The notes: generated by a model not told the origin, from the sequence alone. 64,000 nt of DNA from Balanoglossus misakiensis (GCA_040954595.2 CM082581.2:12845921-12909920); one strand, 5' to 3'. Positions 24,357 to 38,877 are shown, counted from the first letter of the stretch. Made by a program: numbers and translations.

Positions 24357-24370
24357 GTTGTCATGGCGAC
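24357..24370. promoter_or_regulatory. RFX X-box-like motif
   Basis: GTTGTCATGGCGAC. Confidence 0.4.
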
Positions 24371-27300
24371 GTAACCACCCTTTTACTTCAATAATGAATA
24401 GAATATAAAGAGTATTACATGTATTATCAATTTACAACATCGCTCAGCTCTCGCTGGTTATACATTCAAGTTGTTGCAAGATGGGATTTTCGTTTCTTTC
24501 TTTCCTTTGAAATACGATTTTGTGAGGACAATTTCATCAGATGTCTGACAGTATTGTATAATACCAACGATCCTTAGACGCTATTAAACTCTTTGATGTC
24601 AACCTGACAACCTTCACGCGCAAGGTTCCTGTAACAGTCGTATACGGCCGCTACGGAAATCTCGTTTCCTGTCGCAAGAATGTCGGCAATAGGGCGCCGT
24701 CAAATTGTCTTTCATGCATATTACATTCAGTTGAACTTTTTCATTAGCCACTCACCAAACGCACATATATGTGAACGATCGATTCGGATCGCACATGAAT
24801 GAATCATAATATTTCCCCGATCAATAATAATAATCAAATTCAGAAGCCAGGACAGTTCAAGTGCTGGGGAATCCGGATCCCAGCCGATTATGTGGCGTTG
24901 ATGGCGCTCTATAAAAAGAATTTACACTGGCCGCGAAATGAATTCAGAGAATACGTTCGCAGTCTCTCTGAAGTGGTCGACGTATCACCCGCGCAGAGAA
25001 GGTCGCTCGGAAGATGACCCACCAATTTCTTAAGAAAACTGTGATATGATATGCGGCGTCAACGGTGAACGACAACTACAAGAAGGTCTGGAGGCAAGTA
25101 CATGTACATGTCATAAACACGCACACACAGACATATGCAATTATTGTGAGATTTGACCAAAGTGATGCGAGAACACGAACTATTACACAGGCACGGTACA
25201 GGAGTAGTCTAAAGGGTCAAAGGCGTACTGATCGGATAAGTGCATTCGCTCTAATCACAGTGCACTGTGTGAATTGGCATGGCGTCCGCAGGTAACAATT
25301 GAGCCCAACACATTGCTATTTTCTAAAATAAGGACACCCACATCGGGACAAAACTTTGAGGTTTCGATAATATACAAACACCCTGGCACATATATTTTTC
25401 CATTAAGGGATACTTTCGAATATTGCGAAAGCAGGTGGAAAAGTTACCCTTTTTTTCTTTGAAAGCTCGAACACTTGGCGCCTAGTGGCACCATATATGA
25501 TGCGTGATGGCATTGACACGACTTGAATTAAATGCTCTGTCTCTAATAACATTTACAACCTGACGGAAGGGACAGTTAAAAGAAAACCCAATAGCTTTGT
25601 CTCGTAAAAGTCATGTTCAAAGTCGAACGACGCCACACCAGGCGAATGAAATGACAGATAGTCAAATGGGACAGACCTCAATACTCAGCCTCGTCAAATC
25701 TTTCTCAATCAGGTCACCATAACCGCACCCCGAGTGATCACGTGATCTCCAGTGGTAGCTTTATCACAAGAATTCCGACCTATTTTTCGTGATTAATCGT
25801 TTTCAACAAAGTATGGCCGGGGGGCTCAACAATATCGGTCTAAAGAGTTGATATTTTAGTCGCTGGGAAGTTAAGCTTATTTTGGTATTTCTGACTCAAA
25901 AGCGTAAATCATTGTTTAAAGTGTTTTAAGGAGTCCGCACCCCATCCAGCCACACCATCAATCAGATCAAAGCTCAAAAATTGAAATATGGGTTACGTCA
26001 TCGCTTCAATCCGTTGGTTAAAGAACGCCACTGCGCACGCACTGGCAAATAACCCGATTTAAACCACGGCGAGTTAACAATTCGTCATAACCACCGGGTA
26101 CGTCATCATTGTGCAGTTGTATGGGAAAGCATAGTACGGATTTACAAGCATCACCTACGCAGTCTGCTGGGTAAGAGAATTTTCTCTGTAGTAAACGGAA
26201 ATCTTTTTTGTCTCTTGTGATATTTTCAAATTGTGCAATTATTCCCATGAAATCAAAGGCCCTTGCGCATATTGTTTAATATATACACACACATACATAT
26301 ATAAAACGATGATACACTGGTAAAAAGTCACTAGAAACAGCATTTTCTGACTGTTCAATATTCTATTTTTGCTCGGCAACATACTTCTCAAATTGCCTAT
26401 TCAAGCGCAGAGTCGACAGAAGGGATATGAATAAATTTATATCAAATATCACACGCAGAATATTTTGCTTCTTTTTTACTTTGTTTACACTGAGCAACAG
26501 CGGATGAGCTTATATGGATACGAAGCTGAAAACACAGTGACACACGCTGCTATGACCGACATCCGGGCGCTGAATTTGCTCGGTAGTCCCCGTAGTTGTC
26601 AGATCGCTAATTATCGTTTCTAAAATAACCGATGTTTAGCGCGTACCAGCTTGTTCAAAACACAGCTACTGTGTGCGCGAAATATATCTCGTTAGCACTC
26701 ATTATAATGCTGGGAAAATCTACCCCGTGGAGAGAACAGACCGACTCCCGTAGGTATAGTCGGCCGATTAATCCAATGTTGGTCTTTTGAGATTTGCTGC
26801 GTAATTCAGGTCATTTTATCCGGGCAATTACGATTCTTTTTATATTAGCTCATTTAATTTGTGGTTTCATGATATTTCCCCAGTCACGGCTTTTACGACA
26901 AATGATGTCTAATGGCGTTTTTATTGGGGACCTAGCCGGAAAGATTAGCCCTGCGATTTATCACCGATAAAAACCATGTCGGTGGAAAGTGTATTATTTG
27001 AAATGGGATTTGCCTCGCAAATACAGGGATTTTTTCCTGAATTTTCTGCGTAAGTACATTGCTCTCTTTCGTTCAAAGACAGTTCGGTTAAACGGTTGCG
27101 TCAGGGGGAGAGTTTGTATAAATGGAATGAAAAAGGAAATGAGTAAAAGCAGACATTTCTAGCACGGTGAAAGTCCTAGGAGAAGAGACATCTACGTGCG
27201 TTGAGAGATTACACACAATGCTAATACTGACTAGTTTTCGATCAGTTTTTCGTTCCAAAACTCTACTTCAACATTTTCTTTATCCGTATGTGTGACTTTG

Positions 27301-30300
27301 GGAGGCATAGTGTTATTCAAGTCAATTTTCACAGAAAGTCAAACAGCAGACAAAATAAGTCATAGAAGATATTTTTTTCGGTAGACAGTGGCAAACTGAC
27401 GATGACAGCGCCTTTTAGCCGAGTCCGACACTACATCACGCAACTTCAGTGATGGTGCCAATTATTCCAATCGACTTCGATGTAGTATTACTGAAGCTTT
27501 CTATCGATGATTCGCGTTTGTGTGTTATACATTTAACCTACACGTTTTGTTGTGATACGACCCCCACAACCAGACACGAATATCATATCTCCGACCTAAT
27601 TTATTTCTGATATCAAATTAATTCGGCGAAAACACAGCATTTTTTTCCCTTTCGCGATCCCGCATAACCTTATCTTGAACATTTTCAGAAAACCTCGCCC
27701 TGCACTTTAAAAGATGACTTCAGTAAGAGTAAGTGTTTTAAAAGTAGGTCACTAACAGGGGTTATATCTGTCACTTATTTTCCTTACAAGAATCCATTAA
27801 ATCCGAAAGATCCAAATTATGAGGCGTTTTAACCGTGGACTTGAAGTCCTTGCATTCTGTGCGTCCCGTGACCCCCTGACAGCTTGCGTACGACCGTAGC
27901 GTGGGGACGACTGCGGTCAAAGACACGATTTTCAATGCGACAAGCATCGACGTTGACAATACGTAGTTTGAAAATTGCTCAGGCTAGAAGCGCAATGGTT
28001 TAACATGACGTGACTGCTGCATTGAAACATGGATAATGCTGTGCGACGAATGTCCACAACGCAAATATTGTGCCTCGCGATTATTGTCAGTTTGAGAAAT
28101 TCAAACACGACAGTGTGTGCATGCTGTAGCATGCACGATGTATTTATAGTGGCGAACTCTCAGTGACCGGAAAATCTCCAGTAGAATGTGATCAGCATAC
28201 TGCCCAACCTCCGCGAGACAAAATCTCAGCGGCTGTATTCATTAAATAAAGGGAGAATAACAGAAATTTCGAATTAGAACCTGTCATAATAAGATAACGT
28301 TAAAACTATGTTATTTATGTTTTTTAGTTTTAGAGTACATTTTACAGGCCTCGCACAGTATCGAATTTACTTCACAAACAAATTTGATGCTACAGTTTTT
28401 ATACATTTATAATGCTACAGCTTTAGCCTGGCGCTTTTAAGCCTAGCTGTGGCATGGAAATGGAAATTTTGTTTCCAAATTAAAAAAAGTTTCGCCTCAA
28501 GAAAATGGAAGCACCTCTGACATTCTCAGAGTCTTTCTGCGCGTACAAATGACGATTCTGTCAGAACTGAGGCTTTCTGAGAGAAATATCTTTTTATCCT
28601 AATGAGGAAAGGGCATTTCAAATATACCACAGAGCTAAACTTGACACATTCGGGCGCTTTAAACAGCACAGTGGCATACATGGGCAACCGTACAACAAGA
28701 CCCAATGTTGAACCAGTTCCACCGCTGTCCGCCCAACAATCTGATATACTAACCCCAGTGAGTCCTTGACTGAGCCTCCACAATGTGATGAATCCCAAAC
28801 ACAAACTATTTATAGCGCCGCATTGCATCTCAGAGATTGAAAAGTTACGCTACAATAGATAATATCAGCAGTCCCAACTGCTGGGTATAATTTCCCCCAC
28901 TATTAGTTACTGCCAGCTCCATTCTTCAGATATTTCTTGATGTGCCGCATAGATGTTATTAACACTCGTGTCCGGTCTGACCTGAGTTGTTATTTGTAAA
29001 TACTTGTTCAGTGGAGTTAAATAGTTGGATGCGTTTCTCGTAGGACGTTGATGCGATTCGCTGACACTAACCAACTGTTGGTATACCGCACTGTGTCACA
29101 AGGATCATTGATTGTACTAGTAGTATACTGTAAAGTCCCAAGCGACTTGTGGTTCCACACGTCGTTTAAATCGAAATTCGTTCTGTTGTAGATATTTAGG
29201 AGACATGTATGGTCATTCATCAAAATATCATAAATCACTGTGTGCCACCCTTGCTATATAAACGACACCTCTGTCTGACGCTTTCTTTAATACCACTTAT
29301 TAGCTTGAAAAACGATGATCCATCTGGCTTGAATTGCAGTATAAATTGCTCTGTAAAACTTTTTTTGTGGTGTTGACCAAACGAAGATCGAAATATGACA
29401 TTGGCAAAGAGATGGAAGATGATACGGTCTAGAAACTAGATACTAGTAACTAAGTTTTAGCGGATCAATGCCGCAACACGGTAAACTGCCATAAGAAAAT
29501 AAACCCGATGCAACACACCACATCACGCTTACCATGGATAAACTTCTCAAAGGTCTATGCTTTGACCTGACTTCACGGGTAATTTCATCTCCAGAAAATG
29601 TCTCAGCTACCTTGAAAGCTAGTCAACACGTGGGCTACGTAATCAAGAGGTAGACACGTGGCTTATGTTTGCTATACCACATGTGACACTATATTTAACA
29701 ATAGATAAGTTTGTTTAATACATTGTAAGGCTACTTTGTGGTGTTTGTCTTCTTTGTCGAACATGCTTTGATCATCAGAATTCACCGACAGTCATGCCAA
29801 GACAGCTGTAAAAATAACCCTGATGACGTAACTTTTTGACGTCAGAAATACGACATTGAATAGTTTTTGTAGGTTTTGGTTACATGGCTTTTAAATGTAT
29901 TGAGTTGAGCATATTTCTGTATGTACAATAAACAACAGTCCGCATTCAGTTACCGGAATGCGTCACTTCGATTGTTCATACCGATTCTGGCAGTATTTCG
30001 CTTGGCGTATATATTGAACTTTCACAATTATCGCCTGACTACGGAAGGTCATCCGAGCGCGCAAAATTGTCAGTTTTTTTACCCTATTTGATCTTCTGCA
30101 GTTAATTTTAGTCGGTCTTGCGCAAATGCCAAAGCTGTTGTTCATTCCAAGACAGAAATCGAAAATTAACGTTGGAAAGGTTAACAATTACGATCTCAGA
30201 AGTCGGTCAGATTTCTTATTTTGTCTGTGATGCATTGGTCATGTTAATACCCATGACCTGACTGACACTGCACTGAGTCTCTCACACGAGGACAAGGTTT

Positions 30301-30895
30301 CACGACACGCACAGGCGTCATGGCCTTTTTTCAGAAATGTATTCCCTGGGGTTTGAGGCCAACAAATGCAACCATGAAATTGAATATGCTCAAGATATGC
30401 TTGCTTGCTTACGTTTTTGAATTATTTCATCGGTCGGCACAAGGGGTGTAATGCGTAATGGTGGCTGACTGAGAAAGCAAGTGTGGAAGATAATGAAGGT
30501 GGATGGTTACAGTATTTTGTGCCATTTTCGGACAACGTCCCACTTTCACGCCTTAGGGACTGATGATACAACAAACCAAGTTTTCGTCATGACAGTGCGC
30601 TTACTGAGAGAAGTGTGTCTGCCAGCTTGTTATTACACACTTCTACAGATATGATCCTTCGTGTGTGCAAGTAATTTTGAGCCTCTTTCCAGAACAAGCC
30701 ACCTTAATGAGCAGCTTTGGAGAAACCCAGGCATCACATGTATTCCATTGTTCTAGCTAGTAGTCTGAAAGAGCTTTTGAAGGTGGCGGTTTGAATTTGA
30801 ATTAAATGGACAAAATACATTAAAATTGGCCAAAACGTTACAGCTTATATAGCTTTTACACAAAGCACTGCTTGCTCTTTCTTTAATCAAAATTA

Positions 30896-30951
30896 CAGCC
30901 TACACGTATCCTTAAAATATATTTGTATATTTTAAGGATAGGTGTAGGCTG
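30896..30951. repeat. Near-perfect inverted repeat (26-bp arms, 1 mismatch, 4-nt loop)
   Basis: CAGCCTACACGTATCCTTAAAATATA-TTTG-TATATTTTAAGGATAGGTGTAGGCTG. Confidence 0.95.
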
Positions 30952-31151
30952 GGAAAAGTTGGTTGACTTACGAGTACCAGGAATAATATAAATGACACAG
31001 CGCTTAATAGTTATATTACATATTTTGCTATAAGTAAAGCCAGTTGATTGATACGGATTGGATTACAAACCATAATAGCGTACAACAGATCCAACATAGC
31101 ATTACCACTTGCACCCTGCTGTACGTTTCAGTTACTTTAAAACCCTGCCGT

Positions 31152-31165
31152 GTTGTCATAGCAAC
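31152..31165. promoter_or_regulatory. RFX X-box motif
   Basis: GTTGTCATAGCAAC. Confidence 0.5.
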
Positions 31166-32549
31166 GCGTGGGTGGGGAACTGAGTTTCCTTCTATGCGAG
31201 AAAAATGGGACACTTCTGGTGTGTCTGTTATATGAGAAAAAGACGCTTTTGCTGTTACTTGAAGAGAAATTACGATATTAAGTCGATAGACGAAAGAAAG
31301 TACGTTGACAGCCTGGGGAAATATCACCTCTTATTAAAATTTATAAGTTTCTGTAAACAGAATATGCAAATGTTGTTATAAATCAGATGAATACCCCTAC
31401 AGCCAACAATTTGGCTCGTTCATTTGTATTTTTATTTGTGGCTCATAGGTTGGGGTGTTGTAACATTCGTTAAAATCTCATATGATCCGAGTAGATGTAT
31501 TTAAAGACGCGTTATTATACACGGCCGTAATTGGAGAATTTACGTCTCGAAACTATTCTGGTGTGATGAAAGCAAAAGAGAGTGGCGGTGACCTAAATAA
31601 ACGCGGAAATCTTCCAGGAAATCTTCAGAATTTCTTCGTTTTTTGTGTGTGATTATTGTACATCCAACAAAAGCGATGATTGTTGTGGAAATGTTGCATG
31701 CCGATGATTTGCACTGAAAACGCGCATGTGTGGATGTTTTAGCTGGATGTGCAAATATGTGTCTGTGTGTATCAAGAGAATGTGACTTGAGACTAATAAA
31801 ATGACGCTCAATTCATTTAAGTCGCAAGGAAATCAAGAAAGCTAGGATGGGCCATCTCACTCGAAAACGCATTATAGTGAGTTTCATACACGCTACATTA
31901 AAACCCAACAATCTTACCTCAAACCCAACGGAAACGTATCTCCAACATTGATTTCTTTCATTACTTCGTCAAATTTGACCACCACTACTCAAGACTTAGT
32001 TTGCAACTATTGCCGCTGGAGATCAAGAAGATTGATCCGTGGCGTGTGTGATCGCTGACACGGGTAATAATTGGTAATAGCAGAGTTTTGACGATGGATG
32101 ATGGCAAGATGATGTAACTCATTCCTGATGTATTACTTAGAGCTGCAAGAAAAAAAAAAGAAACATTTCATTCAGATTGCATCCTGACGTCAATCGTAAG
32201 ATATATGAAGGAATAACATTTTGGGGGAGGGGGGGGGGGAATCCGTGACTGACATACTTTTTGAGTTTTAGAGAAGATTGAAGTATCTTATGGTTAAAAA
32301 TATGCCAAAGTGGCAGCTCATGGGGGGCATTACTCTGATTTGATGGTTTTGATGACTTTCATGACAGGTGCCTGCCTGTTGGTGTTAAGCTCCCCCAGTC
32401 GTGGTCACAACCCAAATGTGCTAATGATGCTGTGGGTTTGGATCGTGTTTCAGTGCCGACAGCCATGGTCTATTCCAGAATTCAATTATGTGGCTTTACT
32501 GACTGATAGATGTAGTATTGGCACTCTACCCAATAGTTCAGAGTCCAAA

Positions 32550-33720
32550 GCGAGAATAAAGTTCGAAAAATAAGCAACTTGGGATTCAAGTTCCGTATAA
32601 GCGCACATGATACACTAATAAAACCACGGATTGCCAATTTAATATCCTGGCCAGTCACCGTCGAGCAAGCAAAATGGCGGCATTCAGCTTTTGCAAAATA
32701 CAACCCCCTGAAAACTGTTATTGTTTCCACTGAGTTTGACAACATTAGAAATATAAAAAAACCATCATCTTTGAACGAGCTCTTGTGTTAATACTCGCTT
32801 ATCTCGGATAACGAGTTGCCGTCAACAAGAATATTCCACTAGGAATATCTTACGATAAAGGGGATGTTGTTTCCGTTTATTATCAGCGTTACATATACCT
32901 GAGGGTTTATCTTCAATGGTGCATTGACTCAGATCGATGGCGTGTAATATTCAGGGTGTGGGCGATCTCAGCCTTTACAAGAGTAAGCACTTAATTATTT
33001 CATGTTCTGAAATGTGTTTCATTGTCAAACATTCCGCGTTGGTGGCTCGGGTGAAAGGGTTTCGACAAACGAGCGATGACGAGAATTGGTTTTGAGCGCA
33101 CAATTTTTATATCAAAGATTTGTATTTCTCCTCTGAGGATATGTGCTGTGTAGCTACAGTGAGAAGAGGGGGGGGGGGGGGTACGTTTTAGGAATTTGGC
33201 TAACATTGCCAAGATGCTGGCTACCCATCAATGCATCGTCGCCTCGGGTCAAGTGGGAACCATCTCCCATTGCAATTGAGTTTTGACTGTCGGTGCTTCA
33301 TTTATAACTTCAATGTACAATTTAATGACACTATCTCGTTTTTCGAGGGATTTCCACAATTCTATTTTCCAACTTTTCTTTGTGACGGCAATTTCCTTTT
33401 CGGTATTCTGCGAGCTGATTGGCCACAAAAGGCCTCATTGTGCGTCAAATGTCATAACGCTGGCTGAGCATTTTGCGACGCGCGTTACAATTCTCTATGT
33501 CAAATTCAAAGTTTGATCTGGGCAGTTTTGTAATTCAGGTCAAGTTTCACCCTTTCATCATCGGTGAGTGCACGCATCCAGTGACTTCTGCGGGTGAGTG
33601 GTTTCGAGTGCATCGCAGTTCACGATGTCGACCGCTGACCGCCAACCCCACGGGCTCTCAGATGCTACACACGTCTCCACCAGCACACATCGATTCATCC
33701 TTGGCAGCGGCGACCACTTA
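32550..33720. mobile_element. Decayed ISL2EU/PIF-Harbinger-related DNA transposon: DDE_Tnp_4-type transposase remnant on +, possible YqaJ nuclease remnant on -
   Basis: One + frame carries, in the expected order, LGFKFRIS (cf. LAxRFxIS), LISWP, VIVSTEF..IKKPSSL-x6-YS (cf. IIDCTExxIExPSSL-x6-YS) and NGALT..YSG. The minus strand at ~33500-33700 reads ESPW..IVNCD and KLDLN...QIK, reminiscent of YqaJ motifs. Stops and deletions are present. By-eye comparison only. Confidence 0.5.
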
Positions 33721-36208
33721 TGTGACCATCATTTACCTCCTGACAACTTTTGAAATACCAGTACACATGATCAGTGACATCTATAAAGAATCTTCATACA
33801 GATTGCCATTGCTACAACCAACATATGTCGCCGCAAGGGTTTAATATTCGCATGATTACTTCATATCTTGCTTGTTAGGAATTAGATTTATGGGGTAACC
33901 GAGAACGTTATATATAGCTGTTTTCTGAATTGAATTTGAGTATCATATCCACTGAAGACAGGAAGTCAATGGGAGTTAAATCAAATTTTCTCGTTTTAGT
34001 TTTTTCCAAAATGAGTTTATTGGCACCCTGTATCATATTCTCATTGGCCATGTGATTAATTTCATAGTGGTCATCCTGCCTTTGAAACTATGGAAACTGC
34101 TTTTAAATGGTTTGTCTAGTTTATGCTGTTTTGGGTTAATACATGTATCCTGACTTCTATCCCAACCGCGTGTAATGCTAACAAACAGTGAAGCTAATTT
34201 AAAATGTGTTTACTTTTCAGAGCCAGCGCGACTGATCCTTTTGCAGGAACAAAAACCCTTAAGTCAGCTTTTGATTTCGTGTTTGAACAAATTTAATGTA
34301 AGCAAAGAGGGTAACAAAAAGGGCACATCCCGTTATTGTATCCAATATTCTTCACTAAAAGTGAAGTCAGCGACCCTGAAAGCCCCACATGTTGATAACA
34401 CAATTGACCACTTCAGAAATCCAACCGTACAAAAGGCCAGGTACAGGCTGTGACATCTGCAGCCACATAAATTGCTTGTTACACGTGTACACGATCTCTG
34501 TGAGGAATACATGCAGACGTCATACTTGGCATTTTCAGGCAGGCCTGGTTTTAAAGCGAAATAATGTGTTTTTGTTTATGAGGGTTTTAATTTTAAAGTT
34601 TGCATATTTTACAGTCTTGATCAGGAATGGTTGTTTCTAAGTTAGCACCTTGAGAAAGCTAGAAACCTTTGGGCATCAATCACTGCCTAAATAATTACAT
34701 CAAGTGTTTCTCGGTACACAAGTGGCACGTGCGATGCAACTCCATTGTTAGCTTCTGCGCCTGTGTTGATCCCTTAACAATTGGCGATTTCGTTACTTTA
34801 TATTGGGTCCGGTTAAGCCTCTTTTGTTGAGGGCGATGGCAATGTCTTTCAAACAATCAAAAGTGTCGCTACTTTTCTGAAAAGGGGTTATGATTAACCC
34901 ACATTTTCATGTCACACGCCATTTGGAAAAGTTTTGTAACGATGGGACTTTGTCCCTTTAAGACTGTTTGCCTGTTTGTGTGCATATACTGTAAAGCAGC
35001 CATTTAGTTTTACTTTATGGTGCTGCTTGGTGTGTACATAAGCAATATCCGTTTAGAAGACTGGCTTGTATTCCCTGTCGTCAAAAACGTGTTGATTATA
35101 TAGACTGATTGCATAGCTCCAATCTTTTGAATACCAACATTCTGAATGTTGTATTGTCCATAACTCTATCTTGTGTTAACACTCTGGCATGCGGTTCTGT
35201 TATCTATAGATTCCTATCTTGGTGTGAAGTTCAGGCATGATATTGGTTTCGACGTTGAAAAAATACGTTTATGGAATCTGAAAGTCTGTTTCTGGTTCAA
35301 TGAGCCCCATCAGTTCTGTCGGTGTTCTTTTTGTTGCCGATCGATGCAAAGCGATGGCCGCAGCCGTTGGCAGAAAGGAGAGAGAGGTCACACCGATAGG
35401 GCTAACCCTGCCTTGATGTTGAAATTACACTTGCAAATGTTTTTTTGATAGACAGAAAATATGATATTTGATATCCCTTCATAAGTACAGCAGTTTTGTT
35501 ACAAGTGGATCCGCGACAGCCAGGGCATAGCTGCAGGCTGTTGGGGGAATAGCACATCAAATGTTGGGCTTCAAGCGATAAGTCTTAATTAACCAATTTC
35601 GAGTTTTGTTAAGTGTATTGATATTGGTGTGCCATTCATACTGAACAAATATCGAGTTCACTTTCAACTTGGAATCCCTCTGGCAGGTAGAAAAATTTAA
35701 TAATGATTCCGAGTTTTAATATGTCCCCTCTTGTATAATATATCACCGCGCGTTGTCGAGCGGTGCGGGGTTTTGCGTTGAGGAAAGAATCTCTGTGTAA
35801 CCAGCTGGAAACAGTATATTGAGGCGAAAGGAGAACGGGTGACCTTTAACCCGGAGGTGGTTTGTCTTTCCGGCAAATGTGCTCCTATCTCTTCAAGTTT
35901 CATTGCCGCTGTGTTTGAAGTACAGTGGAGGAAGATATTAGTTGAGCAAAGTTTTCAAAACAAACAGCACTGAGCGGCTTCTAACGATCTTTAAGATAGC
36001 AGATTCAATATTTAGAGAGGATGGGTTTCCTTTGATGACATCATAATGCCCATTAATAAGGTTATTTTTCTCGAAGTTACTTGTCAAACCACATCTTCGC
36101 CAAAGCCTTTTTTCAAGTATCGATTTGACAATTTCAAGTGACTCGGTGAATATATAAATGTTTTATTACACCAGGATTTTAAGGTTAAAGTCTTGTTTTT
36201 CAATGTGC

Positions 36209-36279
36209 ATGTATGTATGTATGTATGTATGTATGTATGTATGTATGTATGTACATGTATGTATGTATGTATGTATGTA
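36209..36279. repeat. (ATGT)n microsatellite
   Basis: About 17 units with one ACAT interruption. Confidence 0.97.
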
Positions 36280-38179
36280 CATTGTATGCACCACAGATGC
36301 TATTGATGTAGGTGCTGATATCAATAATTTATATGTACAACCCTTCTGAGTCAGCGAGGACAATCGATAAGGATTCTTTGGACAGGAGAATAATAGATTT
36401 AATCGTCTCTTAATTCAGTTATTGACATATGCTGACACAATAGCTCGTGTTGCACCATACAAAAACTATAATAAAATTCGACGAAAGATTCCCTGAGTTG
36501 TCTGCTAGACAGTTACATGTGCCTGGCTGTTGAAATGAGAAAATGTCACTATTGAAATCCATCAAGCGTTTCTTTTGAGTCAGTCAGTCTGACAGATACA
36601 AGTGAGGATTCAGATTTCAGAAACTTAAGAAATATAAAAATTGCAAGCGATCAATGGCGTTACTAGCCTACACGATCTGATTGGCCGTTCACTCAGCCGA
36701 CAATTTTATCTTTGCTTTTACAAGTGACGATTGTGTCTTACGCGAACACAAGGGAAGTTGTGACCAAGTAAATTATTAGAGTGAAATGACCTGGGGTTAG
36801 TAGTTACATAGTACACGTCTTGTAAAAGCCCCACGCGGAATTATACATGACAGCTTCAACAGTGAATTTTTCAATGTGAACTGTGTTCCATGCACTGACA
36901 GTGTCCGCCTCTGCTGCAGTTACAAATGTTATCGGATTGAATGATTTCTTTATAAACACAAGTTATGGCTTGCTTTTATTTGACGCACTTTTCCTGTTGA
37001 ATGCTGCCACGTTTCGTCGTATGGCGCATGTGTGAGATCCTCTGTGATTATTTTCTCGTATAGGCTATGTGTGCTCATTAACAACATATGAAAGTTCTCC
37101 CGGGACTGAAAGCAACGAGATTTAAATACCATTCATGTCAGCGCAGTATTTCTTTTAAAATAGCCCCGACCCCGTGAAACAACATTAACATGGTTGTGTA
37201 AACAGAAGGTCCAAACAACCAATAAAGTTAATGTGCAATATATCTACTGTCTTCTAAAACATAGACATGAGTGAAAGGGAGAATAAAATAAACCTAGATT
37301 AAATTATTCGCCAAGATGTGACGTCACTACTATCCAAAATGTGATGTCAGATGGTGATACGCACACACTAACGCATGCGCACACATACATACATGCACGC
37401 ACGTGTCGGCCTATGTCGAAAAATTACAACTCAATTATGAACTGAAAAGCATTCTGTCCTCAACAGCTGTAAAATTCTGAATGATTGAAAGATGGTTGAC
37501 AAAGCTATCGCTATTGGCTCCAAAGCCACTTGAAACTCTGGGTTTACTGATCGAAAAAACTAATCTGTTATGGGGGTCGGTCGGTTAATTTGGATTTGTT
37601 TGACGATAACTCTAATATTTCCAAATGATCTGATTCAGCACAGCCCCGGCTGTTCAGTCATTTCCGAGGTTGATGGCTTGACAATGCAGCTGTGAACCTC
37701 GCACAAAAGACGTGCTAATTTGTATTTGTCGAACGATAAATACACTTGTCAGATGTATATTCCGAAGAACGTGGAAATATTGTGGATCACGCTTTTATAA
37801 GCTGTCGTTCTTTCTATGTCAAGGACCGACTAGAGCTCGTAGCATGGACCAGAATACAACATTTACTTCGCTTGTTCCTGCGTGGCAGAGATGACCGCAT
37901 AATGTATCATTTTCAAACTGTATTGAGAATATCGAGCCAAGTTTAACATCAGCGACAAGCCGTGAACGTGTCTCTTTATTAAAATTTAACAACCTTGACG
38001 TACATCTTTAAGCACAGGGATTCGGCTAAAAATCGAACCACACTGTATCAAAGTGCTATTAGTACGAGGATGGAATTGCGATTGTGTTACGTCCTTGGTT
38101 AGCTACATCTATACCAGGTTAGTGTATCAGCGGTCTTCTCGATTCGAATGATAAATCAATCCATTAGAGATCGATCAAA

Positions 38180-38203
38180 TTTAATCTCTTTCTCTTTTGC
38201 AGA
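38180..38203 (+). promoter_or_regulatory. Strong splice acceptor upstream of the dopamine receptor CDS (exon from 38203); second acceptor at 38820/38821
   Basis: TTAATCTCTTTCTCTTTTGCAG|AC and GTATCTTTGTGTTCTTCTAG|GT. Confidence 0.55.
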
Positions 38204-38877
38204 CTCTGAGCAGCAGCGGGTGTTTCTACCTTAGAAATAGGTCATCCAGTTGCCTTCAGTGTCGGTTGCGTATTTACGTGTCAAGATCTGTCGTAACAGA
38301 AGAATATGTGACCACATCTTAACCGCTAACGGTTTAAAAAGCGACGAGGAATTGAACTCTGGGTAATTGGACGCCGACCACCAAGCACGAGCGAGAATAT
38401 CAGTCGACACTTTGACTTCGACCTGATTAGTGTCCAACAGAACGAGATAGCATTTCTTGATATGGAATTACAGCCATGCGCCAGAAGCACGCATGGTGAT
38501 ATTCTTGACACAGATAAGTTGAACAACGCCATCGCATCGTCGGTCGGCAAATAGTTGAAAACCAACTAGCAGTTCTACTTGAGACTCGCATAACGCGCAG
38601 GCGTGTACTGCAGCTCAGTGCTCTACTGCCTGGAGAACCCGTCTGGCTCGGTGCTCGCAACTGCATGTACTTTGCGTGGAATGGGAGAAACTGGCGGAGC
38701 GAAACAATGGGACAGCAACTTGTGAAAGGATATATTACGCTCTTGTGAATACCACGGTGGAACCTGTCAATATTGTGTCGCTATAGGAAGACCGGGACGT
38801 GTATCTTTGTGTTCTTCTAGGTTGACCGCTGCGTCCATACCTGCCCTGTTACTCAAAAGTGAGCATAAAAACCAACG

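Noticed and set aside
29818-29852. CTGATGA...GAAA hammerhead-ribozyme-like core
   Set aside because: Stem II does not close directly on the core, and stems I and III cannot be formed.
37630-37655. RE1/NRSE-like TTCAGCAC upstream of the dopamine receptor
   Set aside because: Only the left half-site matches; no GGACAG right half at canonical spacing.
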